Notes: generated by a model not told the origin, from the letters alone. DNA of 64,000 nt from an uncultured Planctomycetales bacterium (GCA_937907525.1 CALCIB010000187.1:390-64389); one strand, 5' to 3'; positions 50,811 through 61,737 are shown, counted from the first letter of the stretch. A program made the numbers and translations.

Positions 50811-52355
50811 ATGACGGGACGGAGATGGATTCGGACGGTGGGCGCGGCGTTCGTCGTCCTCTCGACGGCGACGGCGGTCTCGGCTCAGCAGGCCCTTCCG
50901 GAAGCGCTCGCGGGTCTGGACGTCTACATAGAGGCGGCCATGCGCGAATGGCGGACGCCGGGCCTGGCGATCGCCGTGGTCAAGGACGACGCCGTGGTCT
51001 ACGCGCGCGGTTTCGGCGTTCGCGAATCAGGCAAGCCGGGACTCGTGACGCCCGAGACTCGATTCGCGATGGCCTCGAACTCCAAGGCCTTCACCGCCGC
51101 GGCCGTCGGACTCCTGGTCGAGGAGGGGAAGCTCGGATGGGACGAGGCCGTGTGCGAAAAGCTGCCGTCCTTCCAGCTCCACGACCCGGCGGCGACGCGG
51201 GCCCTCACCGTCCGCGACCTCCTGTGCCATCGGGTCGGACTCGGCACCTGGCAGGGCGACCTGATCTGGTACGGCTCGGACCGATCGACTCCCGAGGTCC
51301 TGGAGCGAGTGCGGACCCTGACTCCCTACTTCGGGTTCCGCGACCGATACGCCTATTGCAACCTGTCCTTCATCGCCGCCGGGGAATTGCTCGCGACGGT
51401 CTCCGGCGAGCCCTGGGGGGCCTTCGTCGAGCGAAGGTTCTTCCAGCCGCTGGCGATGACCCGCAGCAGCACCTCGATCCGGGCGCTCGAGGGCGTCGAG
51501 GACGTCGCGAGGCCCCACACGCTCATCGACGGAAAGATCGCCGCCGTCCCCTATCGCAACCTCGACAACTGCGGGCCGGCGGGAGGCATCAACTCGTGCG
51601 TCGTTGACTGGTGCCAGTGGATGAGAATCCAGTTGAACGACGGCATGCTCGGCGACGTCCGCGTCGTCCCCTCCGCGGTGATCCGTGAAGCCCAGTCGCC
51701 CCAGAACCTGGTCCGACCGACCTCCGCGCGTCTGAAGGCCCTCTTCCCGTCGTCGCACTTCTTCGCTTACGGCTTGGGCTGGTTCCTGCAGGATTATCGC
51801 GGCCGGATGATGGTCTCTCACAGCGGGGGCATGGACGGGATGCTCTCCCTGACCGTGCTCGTCCCCGAGGAGAAGTTGGGGGTCGTCGTGCTCACGAACT
51901 TCGACGAACAGGAACTCTATCAGGCGATCCCCTATCGGGTGATCGACGCCTTCCTGAAGGCGGAACCCCGCGACTGGAGCGCCGAGTTCCTCCAGGCGCG
52001 CCGGGAGAAGGAAGCCCGGTCGAAGGCGGCGCGTCCCGCCGCCGACGCCTCGCGGTCGCGGCCTCCACTCGATCTTGACCGATACGCCGGCGCGTACCGC
52101 AACGCCGCGCTGGGAGAGGCTCGCGTCGCGGTCGAGGACGGTAAGTTGCGATTGAAGGTCGAGCGCAACGCCGGGCTCCACGCCGATCTCGCCTCCAAGA
52201 CCGGCGACCTGTTCGAGGCGACCTGGGCGGACCCGTTCTTCAGAACCAGCCCGATCCCGTTCCGGATCGACGCGGTCGGACGGCCGGTCGAGTTCCGATT
52301 CTCGGTGCGGCCCGACTTCGTCGACCCGATGGAATACGTCTTCGTCCGCGAATGA
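50811..52355 (+). CDS. Beta-lactamase-family serine hydrolase with C-terminal DUF3471-like domain (514 aa)
   Basis: SxxK (ASNSKAF), YxN (YAYCN), HSGG motifs; signal peptide. Confidence 0.9.
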   Translation: MTGRRWIRTVGAAFVVLSTATAVSAQQALPEALAGLDVYIEAAMREWRTPGLAIAVVKDDAVVYARGFGVRESGKPGLVTPETRFAMASNSKAFTAAAVGLLVEEGKLGWDEAVCEKLPSFQLHDPAATRALTVRDLLCHRVGLGTWQGDLIWYGSDRSTPEVLERVRTLTPYFGFRDRYAYCNLSFIAAGELLATVSGEPWGAFVERRFFQPLAMTRSSTSIRALEGVEDVARPHTLIDGKIAAVPYRNLDNCGPAGGINSCVVDWCQWMRIQLNDGMLGDVRVVPSAVIREAQSPQNLVRPTSARLKALFPSSHFFAYGLGWFLQDYRGRMMVSHSGGMDGMLSLTVLVPEEKLGVVVLTNFDEQELYQAIPYRVIDAFLKAEPRDWSAEFLQARREKEARSKAARPAADASRSRPPLDLDRYAGAYRNAALGEARVAVEDGKLRLKVERNAGLHADLASKTGDLFEATWADPFFRTSPIPFRIDAVGRPVEFRFSVRPDFVDPMEYVFVRE

Positions 52356-52433
52356 TGAAGCGCCGCGGCGGCTTCTCCGAGACGAGTCCGCGCCGGAGCC
52401 GTCCGGCTCAACCATCCGATCCGATTCCTCCCC

Positions 52434-52478
52434 CCGGCCCCGCCGCCGCGTCTCGACGAGACGCGGCGGCGGGGCCGG
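52434..52478. terminator. Perfect GC-rich palindrome, probable bidirectional terminator
   Basis: 22-bp arms (CCGGCCCCGCCGCCGCGTCTCG / CGAGACGCGGCGGCGGGGCCGG) around a single A, between convergent genes, followed by TTTCGATTTC. Confidence 0.65.
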
Positions 52479-52547
52479 TTTCGATTTCGAACTCCGGAAG
52501 AGAATAGCGGCCCCTCGCGCGACCGGCCGAGGCGGAGTCGGCCGCGG

Positions 52548-53948
52548 TCAGGACTCCGCGGCCTCCGACTCGCCCCGCCCCCCGTCTCCGCGAAATTCGT
52601 CGAGGCGCCGCATCATCATCGCCAAATGCATGCGCAATTGATAGAACTCCTCCATATAGCTTAATGGAACGTCCACCCAGACGACCTTGTGTTCGATGGA
52701 CCTCAAGCGGGCCGTCGCGCGGTCGAGTTCGGGGCCGGACGGCCCCGCGGCCAGCTTTTGGTCGACGTCGCGCAAGGCGCCGTACCACCGATAGATCTTC
52801 CGGCGGGTCCGCCAGCGGATCAACGGCGGGGCGGCGCGGAACAGGGGCATCATCAACATCACGACGGGGATGAGCATCAACTTGGCGCGGTCGGCCAGGG
52901 AGGCGAGCCAGAACGGCAGGATCCGCTGCAACCACGGCCGACCCGAGCGGTGGAAGCGCCGCGCGTCCTCGCTCACCGGGATGTCGCAGTAGCGCTCCGA
53001 CGGGAACTCGCGAGGCTCGTTCAGGACGTCGCCGCCGCCGTGAATCCGATAGGCCGCGGCCAGCAGCGCCGATTGCAGCGCCGGGTGGAAGTCGCCGCGG
53101 ACCACCAGCATCGCCGCGGGGGCCAAGAGCGCGACGTCGCGTGGCGGAAGGTCCTCGCCCAGGTCGACGATCCCCCTGGGCAGCGTCACCGGGGCGAGGA
53201 ATCGGAAGCGACGGCGGTAGGCTTCCTGTTGCTTGAAGTCCAGGAGCTTCGTCCGAGGATCGTTCAACAGATCCTGGACGTATTCGGCCTCGAAGGCGGC
53301 CACGAAGAACGCGGCGTCCAACTCCCCGTGCCGCAGCGCCTCGGCCGCCGCGCCCGCCTCCCGGGCGACGAATCGCGTCGGCGAGTCCTTCGCCGAACCG
53401 CCCGCGTCCGCCAGTCCGTTGGCGGCGAGCATCCTCCGAGCCACCGGTCGCGTGCCGCTCCCTTCCGCTCCGATCCCGATCCGCATCCCGGCCAACCCGC
53501 GAAGGGTCGCGACCTCGCGGTCGGCGCGATGGAAGACCCACAACGGCTCGCGATACAAGCTCCCAAGGGCGCGGAGCTCGTCCGCGTCGTCGGGCCCGGC
53601 CGTGCCGCTCTGGACGATGGCGACCGACACCCCGGAGTCGTCGTCGCGCAACAGTCGGAGGTTTTCCAGAGATCCGGCGGTCTCCCGGACCTCGACCGCC
53701 AAGCCGTCCTTGCTCAACTCGCGGGCGTACTCGTTGGCGAAGGCGAAGTACGCCCCTTCGCGCCCGCCGCCGGCGATCACGATCCGGCGGGGCGGGGGGG
53801 GTTCGACGAACATGAAGTACGACGCCGTCCCCGTCGCCAGGCAGACCCCGACGACCCAGGCCCAAACCTCGACCGACTTCCCGCCGCGCCCGCGACGCCG
53901 CGGCGGCGGCGAGGGCGCGTCCCGGGCGATCCGATCCGTATCGACCAT
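52548..53948 (-). CDS. TAXI-family TRAP solute-binding protein with C-terminal membrane extension
   Basis: IVIAGG...GAY..FA, ETAGSLENL, SLYREPLW, IGIGAEGSGT, then a TM segment and helical tail. Confidence 0.85.
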   Translation of the reverse strand: MVDTDRIARDAPSPPPRRRGRGGKSVEVWAWVVGVCLATGTASYFMFVEPPPPRRIVIAGGGREGAYFAFANEYARELSKDGLAVEVRETAGSLENLRLLRDDDSGVSVAIVQSGTAGPDDADELRALGSLYREPLWVFHRADREVATLRGLAGMRIGIGAEGSGTRPVARRMLAANGLADAGGSAKDSPTRFVAREAGAAAEALRHGELDAAFFVAAFEAEYVQDLLNDPRTKLLDFKQQEAYRRRFRFLAPVTLPRGIVDLGEDLPPRDVALLAPAAMLVVRGDFHPALQSALLAAAYRIHGGGDVLNEPREFPSERYCDIPVSEDARRFHRSGRPWLQRILPFWLASLADRAKLMLIPVVMLMMPLFRAAPPLIRWRTRRKIYRWYGALRDVDQKLAAGPSGPELDRATARLRSIEHKVVWVDVPLSYMEEFYQLRMHLAMMMRRLDEFRGDGGRGESEAAES

Positions 53949-54029
53949 TCCAAGACCCGAGCCGGGGAGAGGAGCGAGTATCGACCGTCCATGCCAGGTA
54001 TGCGCGTCCCCCCGGCGGATTTCAAGGCC

Positions 54030-56954
54030 TCAGTAGCTGGCGGACATGCTGAAGTTGAAGTATCGGAAGGCGTCGCCCGTGGCGTGCGAGACGGGGAACG
54101 CGAGGTCGAAGCCCAAGGGCATGGGACCCATGGCCGGAATCATCACCCGGATGCCCGTTCCGATGGAGGCGCGGATCTTGGTGAAGTAGTAGTCGTTCTC
54201 GACGGTGCCGAAGTCGGTGAAGACGACCTGGTGGAGCGTGTCGGAGGCCGTCCAGGGGAACTGGTACTCCAACGAGCCCAGGGCCATCATCACGCCGCCG
54301 ACCGGGACGCCCAGGGCCTTCGGGCTGACCGTGCGATACTGGAAGCCGCGGAGGCTGCCGAAGTTGCCGGCGAAGAACCGCTCGTAGACCGGCAGCGAGT
54401 GGGTGGCGATGCCGAAGTGGCCGCGGAGGGTTACGAACCGCTTGCCGCTGCCGTCGGGACGGCTGCCGGTGGTGTAGTGCATCCGGCCCTCGGCGTCGAA
54501 CTTGGACCAGGTGTAGGTCCCCCAGCCTTGCTCGAAGGAGAACTCGGCGTACTGGCCCTTCGTCGGCATGAACGGGCTGTTGCGGTTGTCGAACCGGAGG
54601 CTGGGCCGGATCGAGGCCAGGAACGAGTGGCCGCTGGCAGCCAGGTATTGCGCCGGGGCCGGATCGCGGTAGCCGAAGAAGTTGACGTCCTCGGTTCGCA
54701 CGGCGACGTCGGCGTAGGTGGCGGTGCCGAACTGGCGGCCGAGCGAGAACCGGCCCCCCTTGCGGGCCTCGGTCCAGTTGGGATACATGCGGTTGAAGAG
54801 GTAGCCGGCCGCGGCCCCGCCGATCGGCAGGCCGAAAAGGTACGGATCGCGCAAGCTGACCTGGAAGCGGTTGATCACGGTGCCCGGCTGAAGGTCCAGG
54901 CGGAACTCCTGACCTCCGCCGCGAAACGCGGTGCCGTTGAAGATGTCGTTGAACGAGCGCGGGACGTTGAAGAGGTCGAAGTTCTTCTCGTAGATCGTGA
55001 CGTTGCCGAAGAGGCCCTGGAAGCTGCTGGCCGCCACGCCGACCATGAACCGGCCGGTGGGGGCCTCTTCAAGCGTGGTGACGATGTCGGCGTAGGAGCG
55101 GTTCGGAAACGGGTCGTTGCGGTCGGGGCCGACGTCGGTCATGTTCAGGCCGGGGATGCTCGGGAACGACCCGGCGGGCTCGCCCGAGCCGACCGGCGGC
55201 TGGTTGCGGCCGCGATCCAAAGGCGGGGACGAGGGGACCAGCGGCGAGCCCGCCGGCGCGGGCGCGACGGCCGGGGGGACCGTGTCCGCCGGCGAGCCGA
55301 AGAAGCTGCCGCCGGAACCGAACGGCCGCAGAAGCGAGGGACCGTCGTCGGCCCCCAGGTTCGACCCCTCCGGCGCGGGGACCAGGTCCGAATCGTCCTG
55401 CATCCGGATCGTCGGCGCCTCGGACGCGGGCGAGGCCGCCGTCGTCTTGACCGGGGCCGTCGTCCGAACGGGCGGATCGGTCGCGGGGGAGGGCGTCGCG
55501 CCGCCGGCGCGGGGCGCGTCGTCGTCCCCCTGCATCCGGGCCCCGGTCATCTCGCTGAGGAGGCTGGGCATCAGATCGCTGTAGGGCTTGTCGTGGGGGC
55601 GCTCATTGACGATCTTCACGTCGATCATCCGGCCCATCTCGGGGTTGGTGTTGAAGTACCCGAGGTTCCCCAGCCGTTGCTGCGCGTTGGCCAGGCGGTT
55701 CTGGTCGAGGATCTCGCCCGGCAGCAGGCCGGCCTGCCAGAACTCGCGGAGGATGACCTCGCTCTTGGTTCGGGAGTTGCCGCGGATCTTGATCTCGCCC
55801 AGGGTGAACGGCTGGCTCTCCTCGATCTTGTAGACCAGGTCGACGACGCCCGCCTCGTTGGTGAACCGAGGCTCGGCGAGCACCTGGGTCTTGATGCAGC
55901 CCAGCTCGTAGTAGCGGTTCAAGATGGCCTTGCGGTCGGCGTCGCGCACGGCGTCCAAGAACGGCTTGCCGGAGTGGAGTTCGAGCCCGGCGCGGAGTTG
56001 GTCCTCCTTGAGCCGCTCGTTCCCCTCGAAGACCAGGTCGCGGACGTGGTAGCGGACCCCCTCGGAGACGACGAACGTCAGGTTGATGTCGCCCAGGTTG
56101 TCCCCCGGCCGGGTGACGGGCGTGACCTTCACCTCGAAGAAGCCTTGCGACTGATAGTAGTCCATCAGCTTGCGGGCGTCTTCCTCAAGCATGTCGCGGT
56201 GGTACTTGCCGAAGAAGCCGGCGATGATCGGCTTTCGGCTGGTGATCTTGGTCCGCAGCTGGGCGTCGGTCGCGAAGACGTTCCCCTTGAAGTCGATGGA
56301 GGCCAGCTTGAAGCAGTCCCCCTCGAAGATCTGGATGACCACCTCGGTGTCGCCCGGTTCCCCTCCCTTGACGAGCGTGACCTGGGCCAGCTCGTAGCCC
56401 TTCTCGATGTAGAGCCGCTCGATCTGCTGGACGGCCAGGCGGTTGCGGGTGGGGTCGGCGCGGTTGCCGACCTTCAGCCCGGTGTTCTCCTCGATCTCCT
56501 TCTGGGAGATTTTCCGCCGGCCGCGGAACTCGACCTTCCGCAGGACGGGCATCTCCTTGACCCGGAAGATCAGGACGATCTTGCCGGATCCCAGGGGCTG
56601 CTCCTCGTAGAACGGCTGGACGTCGGAGAACCACTTGGTTCGGACCAGCGACCGCAGATCGGCGTCGACCTTCTGCTGGTCGTAGGGCGCGTCGGCCTTG
56701 CTGAGCAGCTTGCCGCGGATCTTCTCCGCGGAGATGCTCGAATTCCCCTCGATGCGGACCTCGACGACGGTCCCCTTGGGGACCGCCTGGGCCCGAACCG
56801 AGGCCGGGCCGAGGAAGGCCGCGAGAGCGACGACGACGGCGGCGGCGAGCGTCCGCCGGGGCCGCTTCGGATGTGTGACGTCGGCTTCGATGAGATTTCG
56901 CTCCACCGGATCCGTCCCTGGCGCCGGAAGGCGTCTGGCTACTTGATACGTCAT
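54030..56954 (-). CDS. bamA: Outer membrane protein assembly factor BamA/Omp85
   Basis: Five POTRA-like repeats (V.EV.IEGN, FRG, FKGN, FEGN, IRGN), EAPTG barrel start, LRGF lid motif, PLGFDLA, C-terminal FNFSMSASY. Start uncertain. Confidence 0.85.
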   Translation of the reverse strand: MTYQVARRLPAPGTDPVERNLIEADVTHPKRPRRTLAAAVVVALAAFLGPASVRAQAVPKGTVVEVRIEGNSSISAEKIRGKLLSKADAPYDQQKVDADLRSLVRTKWFSDVQPFYEEQPLGSGKIVLIFRVKEMPVLRKVEFRGRRKISQKEIEENTGLKVGNRADPTRNRLAVQQIERLYIEKGYELAQVTLVKGGEPGDTEVVIQIFEGDCFKLASIDFKGNVFATDAQLRTKITSRKPIIAGFFGKYHRDMLEEDARKLMDYYQSQGFFEVKVTPVTRPGDNLGDINLTFVVSEGVRYHVRDLVFEGNERLKEDQLRAGLELHSGKPFLDAVRDADRKAILNRYYELGCIKTQVLAEPRFTNEAGVVDLVYKIEESQPFTLGEIKIRGNSRTKSEVILREFWQAGLLPGEILDQNRLANAQQRLGNLGYFNTNPEMGRMIDVKIVNERPHDKPYSDLMPSLLSEMTGARMQGDDDAPRAGGATPSPATDPPVRTTAPVKTTAASPASEAPTIRMQDDSDLVPAPEGSNLGADDGPSLLRPFGSGGSFFGSPADTVPPAVAPAPAGSPLVPSSPPLDRGRNQPPVGSGEPAGSFPSIPGLNMTDVGPDRNDPFPNRSYADIVTTLEEAPTGRFMVGVAASSFQGLFGNVTIYEKNFDLFNVPRSFNDIFNGTAFRGGGQEFRLDLQPGTVINRFQVSLRDPYLFGLPIGGAAAGYLFNRMYPNWTEARKGGRFSLGRQFGTATYADVAVRTEDVNFFGYRDPAPAQYLAASGHSFLASIRPSLRFDNRNSPFMPTKGQYAEFSFEQGWGTYTWSKFDAEGRMHYTTGSRPDGSGKRFVTLRGHFGIATHSLPVYERFFAGNFGSLRGFQYRTVSPKALGVPVGGVMMALGSLEYQFPWTASDTLHQVVFTDFGTVENDYYFTKIRASIGTGIRVMIPAMGPMPLGFDLAFPVSHATGDAFRYFNFSMSASY

Positions 56955-57260
56955 GAGCGATCGCCCCGGCTCCCGCGCCGCGACGCCCGTGGGGCGGCGG
57001 CGGCGACCCGGTCGATCATCCCGGCCGAAGTCGAGGGCGCGACGACCACCCCCTCGTCCCATTCGAACATTTGCTCAAGCGATGCGGCGCGGCCCGGCCT
57101 CTTATCGAGGCCGCGCGAGTCGGCTCCGGCGTCCATCCTGGACGCGACCGACCCGGCGTTCGTGAAAGCCCGCGCGACGTGGACGTGACAGGCGAGGGCT
57201 TTTTACTCAAGTTCCCCCGGGGCCGCAATCCCGGATCGGACGAAACCGCGCGCCGGCCGC

Positions 57261-60212
57261 TTACGACATCGCGTGCCGGGGCTTGGGGGCCTTGAACTGA
57301 CGCCGAAGCGGCGGATTCAGGCCGTGCGCGAGGGCCAGCAGCTTGATCGGGTGGAGCGTCCGCTTGACCACTCCCTGTTCCATCTGGATGCGGCACGCCC
57401 CGCATTCGGTCGACCCGACCTCGATGTCGTCGTCCATCAACCGCCGGTGAAGGCCCCGGCCGGCGCGCAGGCTGGCGCGGAACTGGCCGCGACGCAGACC
57501 GAACGTCCCCCCCATCCCCGAGCATCCCCGGTCGATGAACTCCACCTCCAACTCGGGAATCTTCCGCAGCAGGTCGTAGCTCGGCAGGCCGACGTCCAGC
57601 GCCCGCAGATGGCAGGGCTGATGGTAGCCGACCCGGGCCCGGATCGGCTCGCTCGGCGCCGGGAACTGGCCGCGCGCGTCGAGCCCTTGAAGATACTGGC
57701 CCAGGTCCATCGTGCTTCGGGCGACCAGCTCGGCGTCCAAATCGTCGGTGAGCTTGACGTACTCCTGGCGCAGCATCAGGGCGGCGGTCGGCTCGGAGCA
57801 GACGACCGTGTAGCCGTCGCGGACGGCGTCGCCCAACACGCGGAGGTTCCGCAGGGCCAGTTCGCGGGCGTGGTCGACGTCGCCGACGACCAGCGACGCC
57901 ATCCCCGAGCCGCGCTGGGCGGTCGGGACGTAGACGTTCACGCCCGCCAGTTGAAGCACGCCCACCACCGATTCGGCCAGTTCCTGGTCGTAGTAGTTGG
58001 CGTAGACGTCCACGAAGTAGACGACCCGCGGACCCGACCGCGACGGCCTGGGCCGATGCAGCCCCAACCTCGCCGCGCGCCGGGTGAACGGGACGCGCCT
58101 CACCGGCGGCAGAACCCGCCGCCGCGAGACGCCGAGGGTCTTCTCCAGGCCCCAGCGCGCCCAACGACGGGACATCAGGAAGTTGGAGGCGAGCGGGAAC
58201 CGGCTGGCCATCCGGGCCCACATCTCCAGCCTTGAGAAGACCCAATCGCCCGGCGGCAGGCCGTGAAGATCCACGAACGCGGCCTTGGCCTCCATGACCA
58301 GGGTGGAGACGTCCACGCCCGCGGGGCATTCCGGCTGACACATCTTGCAGTGGATGCAGAACCCGACCTTGGCGCGGTACTCCGCCGCCCCCCACGACTT
58401 GGGATCGAGCAGCCCGGCGGCGAGCTGACGGACGAGATTCGCCTGGGCCCTGGGCGTGACCCCCTCCTCGCCGTAGGCGCGGAAGCTGGGGCACATCCGG
58501 GTGGTCGGCTCGCGGCTTCGACAGCTTCCGCAGCCGTTGCAGGCCGAGGCCACCGTCAGCATGTCGTCCCCCGGCCAGCGCAGGACCGGCATGATCGGCC
58601 GCGGCGGCGAGGCGGGAACGTCCGACGGCGCGGTCGCGGGCTCGGGAAACGCCTTGACGGCCGGCCGACCGACGTGGGAATCCTCCACGACGATCCCCGG
58701 GTTGAGCAGGCGGGCGGGATCGAAGGCGTCCTTGACGTCGCGGAACGCGCGGGCGGCCTCGCCGAGTTGACGGGACAAAAGAGGCGTCCGCGACCAGCCC
58801 GCGCCGCGGGAGGCGGCGACCGTCCCGCCGGCCCGCAGCACCACGTCGAAGAACTCCGCCGCCATGTCGTCGAGCCGGGCGAGAAGCCTCGGGTCGGTCT
58901 CGCCCGGGTCCAAAAACGGCCGCGTCCGGATCCGTCCCTCGGCCGCGAAGACGTCCAAGGTCCAGGACAGGTCGCGACGCCGCGCCACGTCCCGAAGCGC
59001 GCGGATCGTCACCGCCAGGCGGTCGACGGGGACCGCCACGTCGTCCACGATCGGCGACGGCGCCGACCGCCCCCGGCCGCGGAGGAACGACGGCTCGATC
59101 CGACGCCGAAGACCCGCCAGCCGCTCGCAATCGGCCCGTCGCGAAAACGTCGCGGGCTCGGCCGAGAGCAACCCGGAACGCCTGGCGCGCTCGACCGCCA
59201 GCCGCGCCCAGGCGTCGGCCTCCGCCGGCGAGTCCGCCTCGAACTCGACCACCATCAGCGATTCGACCGACTCGCCGACGCAACCGCGCACCAGCGGCTC
59301 GACGTCCCGCGCCAGGCTGACGGCCCGCCAATCGTACAGGTCGCAGGCCGAGGGGGCCGCCACGGCTCCGAGCAGCGTCGGCGTCCAGGCGGCGGCCTCG
59401 ACCAGCCTCGAAAACGGCAGGACGACCGCGACGACCGCCGCCGGCAGCGGGAGCGTCCGCAGCGTCGCCCCCACGATCATCGCCAACGTCCCCTCGGACC
59501 CGCAAACCAGGCGGGCCATGTCGACCCCCCGGTCGCTCAAAGCCGCCGTCGCGTAGCCGGCGCGCGCGTGCAGCGCGCCGACGGGCGGCTCGCGCCGGCG
59601 TTTGTGGATCCGCTGGAGCTTGCGGACGACCAGGCCCTTGTAGTCGGCCGGCTCGTCCTCGAAGGTCGGCCAGGGCTCGAAGCCGAGATCGGCCGTCTCC
59701 CCCCGAGCGAAGACCACGGCGAGACGCTCGACCCGGTCGGCGATCGAGCCGAACCGGCAGGATCGCGTCCCCAGGGCGTCGACGCCGATCGCGCCGCCGA
59801 TCGTGGCGGCCTCGGAGGTCGTCGGCGTCGGCTCCAGACGCCGGCCCCGAAGCGCCAGCCGGGCGTTGAGCGCGTCGACCACCACGCCGGGCTCGACCTC
59901 CACCCGGTCCTCGTCGATGGCGACGATCCGCCGCAGATGACGGCTGAAGTCCACCACCAGGCCCTCGCCCAGCGCGCCGCCCCCGTGGTCGGTCGCCGCG
60001 CCGCGACAGTGGAGCGTCAGATTGTTCTCCGAGGCGTAGCGGGCCAGGGCCGCGACGTCCTCGACCGTCCGGGGGGCCACCGCCCCCAGCGGGTCGATCT
60101 CATGGGGCCCGGCCCCCAGCGCGTAGACCGCCCGGTCCAGGGGCTCGAAGTAGAGATCCCCCGCCACGATCCCGCGAAGGTCGTCGTAGATGCGGGCTCG
60201 GCGTTCGTCCAC
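57261..60212 (-). CDS. FAD-linked oxidase / Fe-S oxidoreductase fusion (GlcD+GlcF/GlpC-like), 983 aa
   Basis: FAD-binding PCMH N-terminus (GSEGTL), CNGCGSC and CIHCKMCQPECP clusters, CCG-like YHQPCH / GCSGMGG / ECGACRIQ. Confidence 0.88.
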   Translation of the reverse strand: MDERRARIYDDLRGIVAGDLYFEPLDRAVYALGAGPHEIDPLGAVAPRTVEDVAALARYASENNLTLHCRGAATDHGGGALGEGLVVDFSRHLRRIVAIDEDRVEVEPGVVVDALNARLALRGRRLEPTPTTSEAATIGGAIGVDALGTRSCRFGSIADRVERLAVVFARGETADLGFEPWPTFEDEPADYKGLVVRKLQRIHKRRREPPVGALHARAGYATAALSDRGVDMARLVCGSEGTLAMIVGATLRTLPLPAAVVAVVLPFSRLVEAAAWTPTLLGAVAAPSACDLYDWRAVSLARDVEPLVRGCVGESVESLMVVEFEADSPAEADAWARLAVERARRSGLLSAEPATFSRRADCERLAGLRRRIEPSFLRGRGRSAPSPIVDDVAVPVDRLAVTIRALRDVARRRDLSWTLDVFAAEGRIRTRPFLDPGETDPRLLARLDDMAAEFFDVVLRAGGTVAASRGAGWSRTPLLSRQLGEAARAFRDVKDAFDPARLLNPGIVVEDSHVGRPAVKAFPEPATAPSDVPASPPRPIMPVLRWPGDDMLTVASACNGCGSCRSREPTTRMCPSFRAYGEEGVTPRAQANLVRQLAAGLLDPKSWGAAEYRAKVGFCIHCKMCQPECPAGVDVSTLVMEAKAAFVDLHGLPPGDWVFSRLEMWARMASRFPLASNFLMSRRWARWGLEKTLGVSRRRVLPPVRRVPFTRRAARLGLHRPRPSRSGPRVVYFVDVYANYYDQELAESVVGVLQLAGVNVYVPTAQRGSGMASLVVGDVDHARELALRNLRVLGDAVRDGYTVVCSEPTAALMLRQEYVKLTDDLDAELVARSTMDLGQYLQGLDARGQFPAPSEPIRARVGYHQPCHLRALDVGLPSYDLLRKIPELEVEFIDRGCSGMGGTFGLRRGQFRASLRAGRGLHRRLMDDDIEVGSTECGACRIQMEQGVVKRTLHPIKLLALAHGLNPPLRRQFKAPKPRHAMS

Positions 60213-60259
60213 GTCGGGGATCAGACCTCATGGGGGGACGGGGAGGGCGGGGCCAGGGC

Positions 60260-60790
60260 TCACGCCGCGCTCGCGTCGGCCGTCGCGTCGGGTTCGACGG
60301 CCGCGGGAGACGCCCCGAGGGCCGGGAACCCCGAGGCCCCGGATCGCTCCCGGCGGATACGCTCGCCCGTCCCAAGGTCGAACGCGCGGAACCGCCTCCC
60401 GGAGTTGACCCCGGGCCCCCTCAACTGGCCGGCGCAACGATAGCAGACCACGACGTCCGGAACCAGGCGATGAAGCGCCGCGTCCAACAGGACCGACGCG
60501 GCCAGCGCCGAGTACGCCCACGACGATCGCCCATAATACCAGAACGCCGCCGCGACGGCGAACCCCGTAATCACGATCGCCAGCCCCACCGCCGTCGAAA
60601 AGTCCTTGCGGACGTACAGGTCCCCCCCCACGCAGAGCGGACACGCGCGCGGGCTTCCCTCCGCGTCGAACGCCTCCGCCTTGAGTTCGCGCGCCGCCCC
60701 GCAATGCCGGCAGACCGCGCGCTCGGCCGACTCGACCTCGGCCGTGTGGTCGATCATCCGGCACCCAGGACATTCGAACGTCAATTCCAT
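60260..60790 (-). CDS. Zn-ribbon membrane protein (176 aa)
   Basis: CPGC, CRHC, CPLC, two TM segments, CYRC. Confidence 0.7.
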   Translation of the reverse strand: MELTFECPGCRMIDHTAEVESAERAVCRHCGAARELKAEAFDAEGSPRACPLCVGGDLYVRKDFSTAVGLAIVITGFAVAAAFWYYGRSSWAYSALAASVLLDAALHRLVPDVVVCYRCAGQLRGPGVNSGRRFRAFDLGTGERIRRERSGASGFPALGASPAAVEPDATADASAA

Positions 60791-61000
60791 CGCGCGCCAC
60801 CGCTTTCTTGGTCCGTGCGACCCCCGGCCTCGCCTCCGGGCCCGCCATCGGGGTCGATCCGTCTTCCCGCCCCGACGCGACGAGCAGGCTCGCCGCCGTC
60901 GATCGAGACGGTCGAACCCCGAACGCACGCGAACGCCGCGCCGTTTGATGGACTTACCCCGGCTTCGGTCGATCGTGACGAGGCCGCCTCGTGGAAAGGC

Positions 61001-61597
61001 TCAGTGCCGCGCCCCGAAGACCAGCGACATGAACTCGGCGCGGGTCGCCGGGTTGTCCTTGAAGCCGCCGCGCACGGCGCTTGTGACGAACGAACTGCCC
61101 GGCTTCTTGACCCCTCGGATGGTCATGCAGCTATGGCTGGCCTCGATCACGACTCCCACCCCGCGCGCCTTCAACTCGTCCATCAACAGATCGGCGATCT
61201 GCTGGGTCAGGCGCTCCTGAAGCTGGGGCCGCTTGGAGAGGACGTCGACGACCCGGGGAATCTTCGAGAGCCCCACCACCTTCCCGTTGGGAATGTACGC
61301 GACGTGGGCCTTGCCGATGACCGGCAACAGATGGTGCTCGCAAAAACTGACCAGCCGGATGTCGCGGATCAGGACCATCTCGTCGCAGCGCTGGGTGAAC
61401 GACTTCCTCAGATGGACGCGAGGCTCCTGGTGGAGCCCTCGAAAGATCTCGGCGTACATTCGGGCGACGCGGGCGGGGGTCTCCAGCAAGCCCTCGCGCT
61501 CGGGATCCTCGCCGACCGCCAGGAGGATCTCCCGGACGGCCCGCCGGATGCGGTCAAGGTCGATCGGATGGTCGGCGGGCGTTTCATGCTCGGACAT
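61001..61597 (-). CDS. folE: GTP cyclohydrolase I
   Basis: [50 protein letters not shown]. Confidence 0.97.
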   Translation of the reverse strand: MSEHETPADHPIDLDRIRRAVREILLAVGEDPEREGLLETPARVARMYAEIFRGLHQEPRVHLRKSFTQRCDEMVLIRDIRLVSFCEHHLLPVIGKAHVAYIPNGKVVGLSKIPRVVDVLSKRPQLQERLTQQIADLLMDELKARGVGVVIEASHSCMTIRGVKKPGSSFVTSAVRGGFKDNPATRAEFMSLVFGARH

Positions 61598-61737
61598 GTG
61601 CGGCGGGCTTTCCTGGGGGGAGGAAGTCGAAGGGGCGGGACCGATGAATGCAAACCTCTAAAACCACATGACTTAAGTCGACTTCCAACTGGGATTCTAG
61701 GCGCGGGCCGGCTCGAAATCAAGACTGGTCGGCCAGC

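Noticed and set aside
61598-61737. Possible folate-type riboswitch upstream of folE
   Set aside because: The region is AT-richer, but I could not match THF or folE-motif consensus elements; likely just a promoter.
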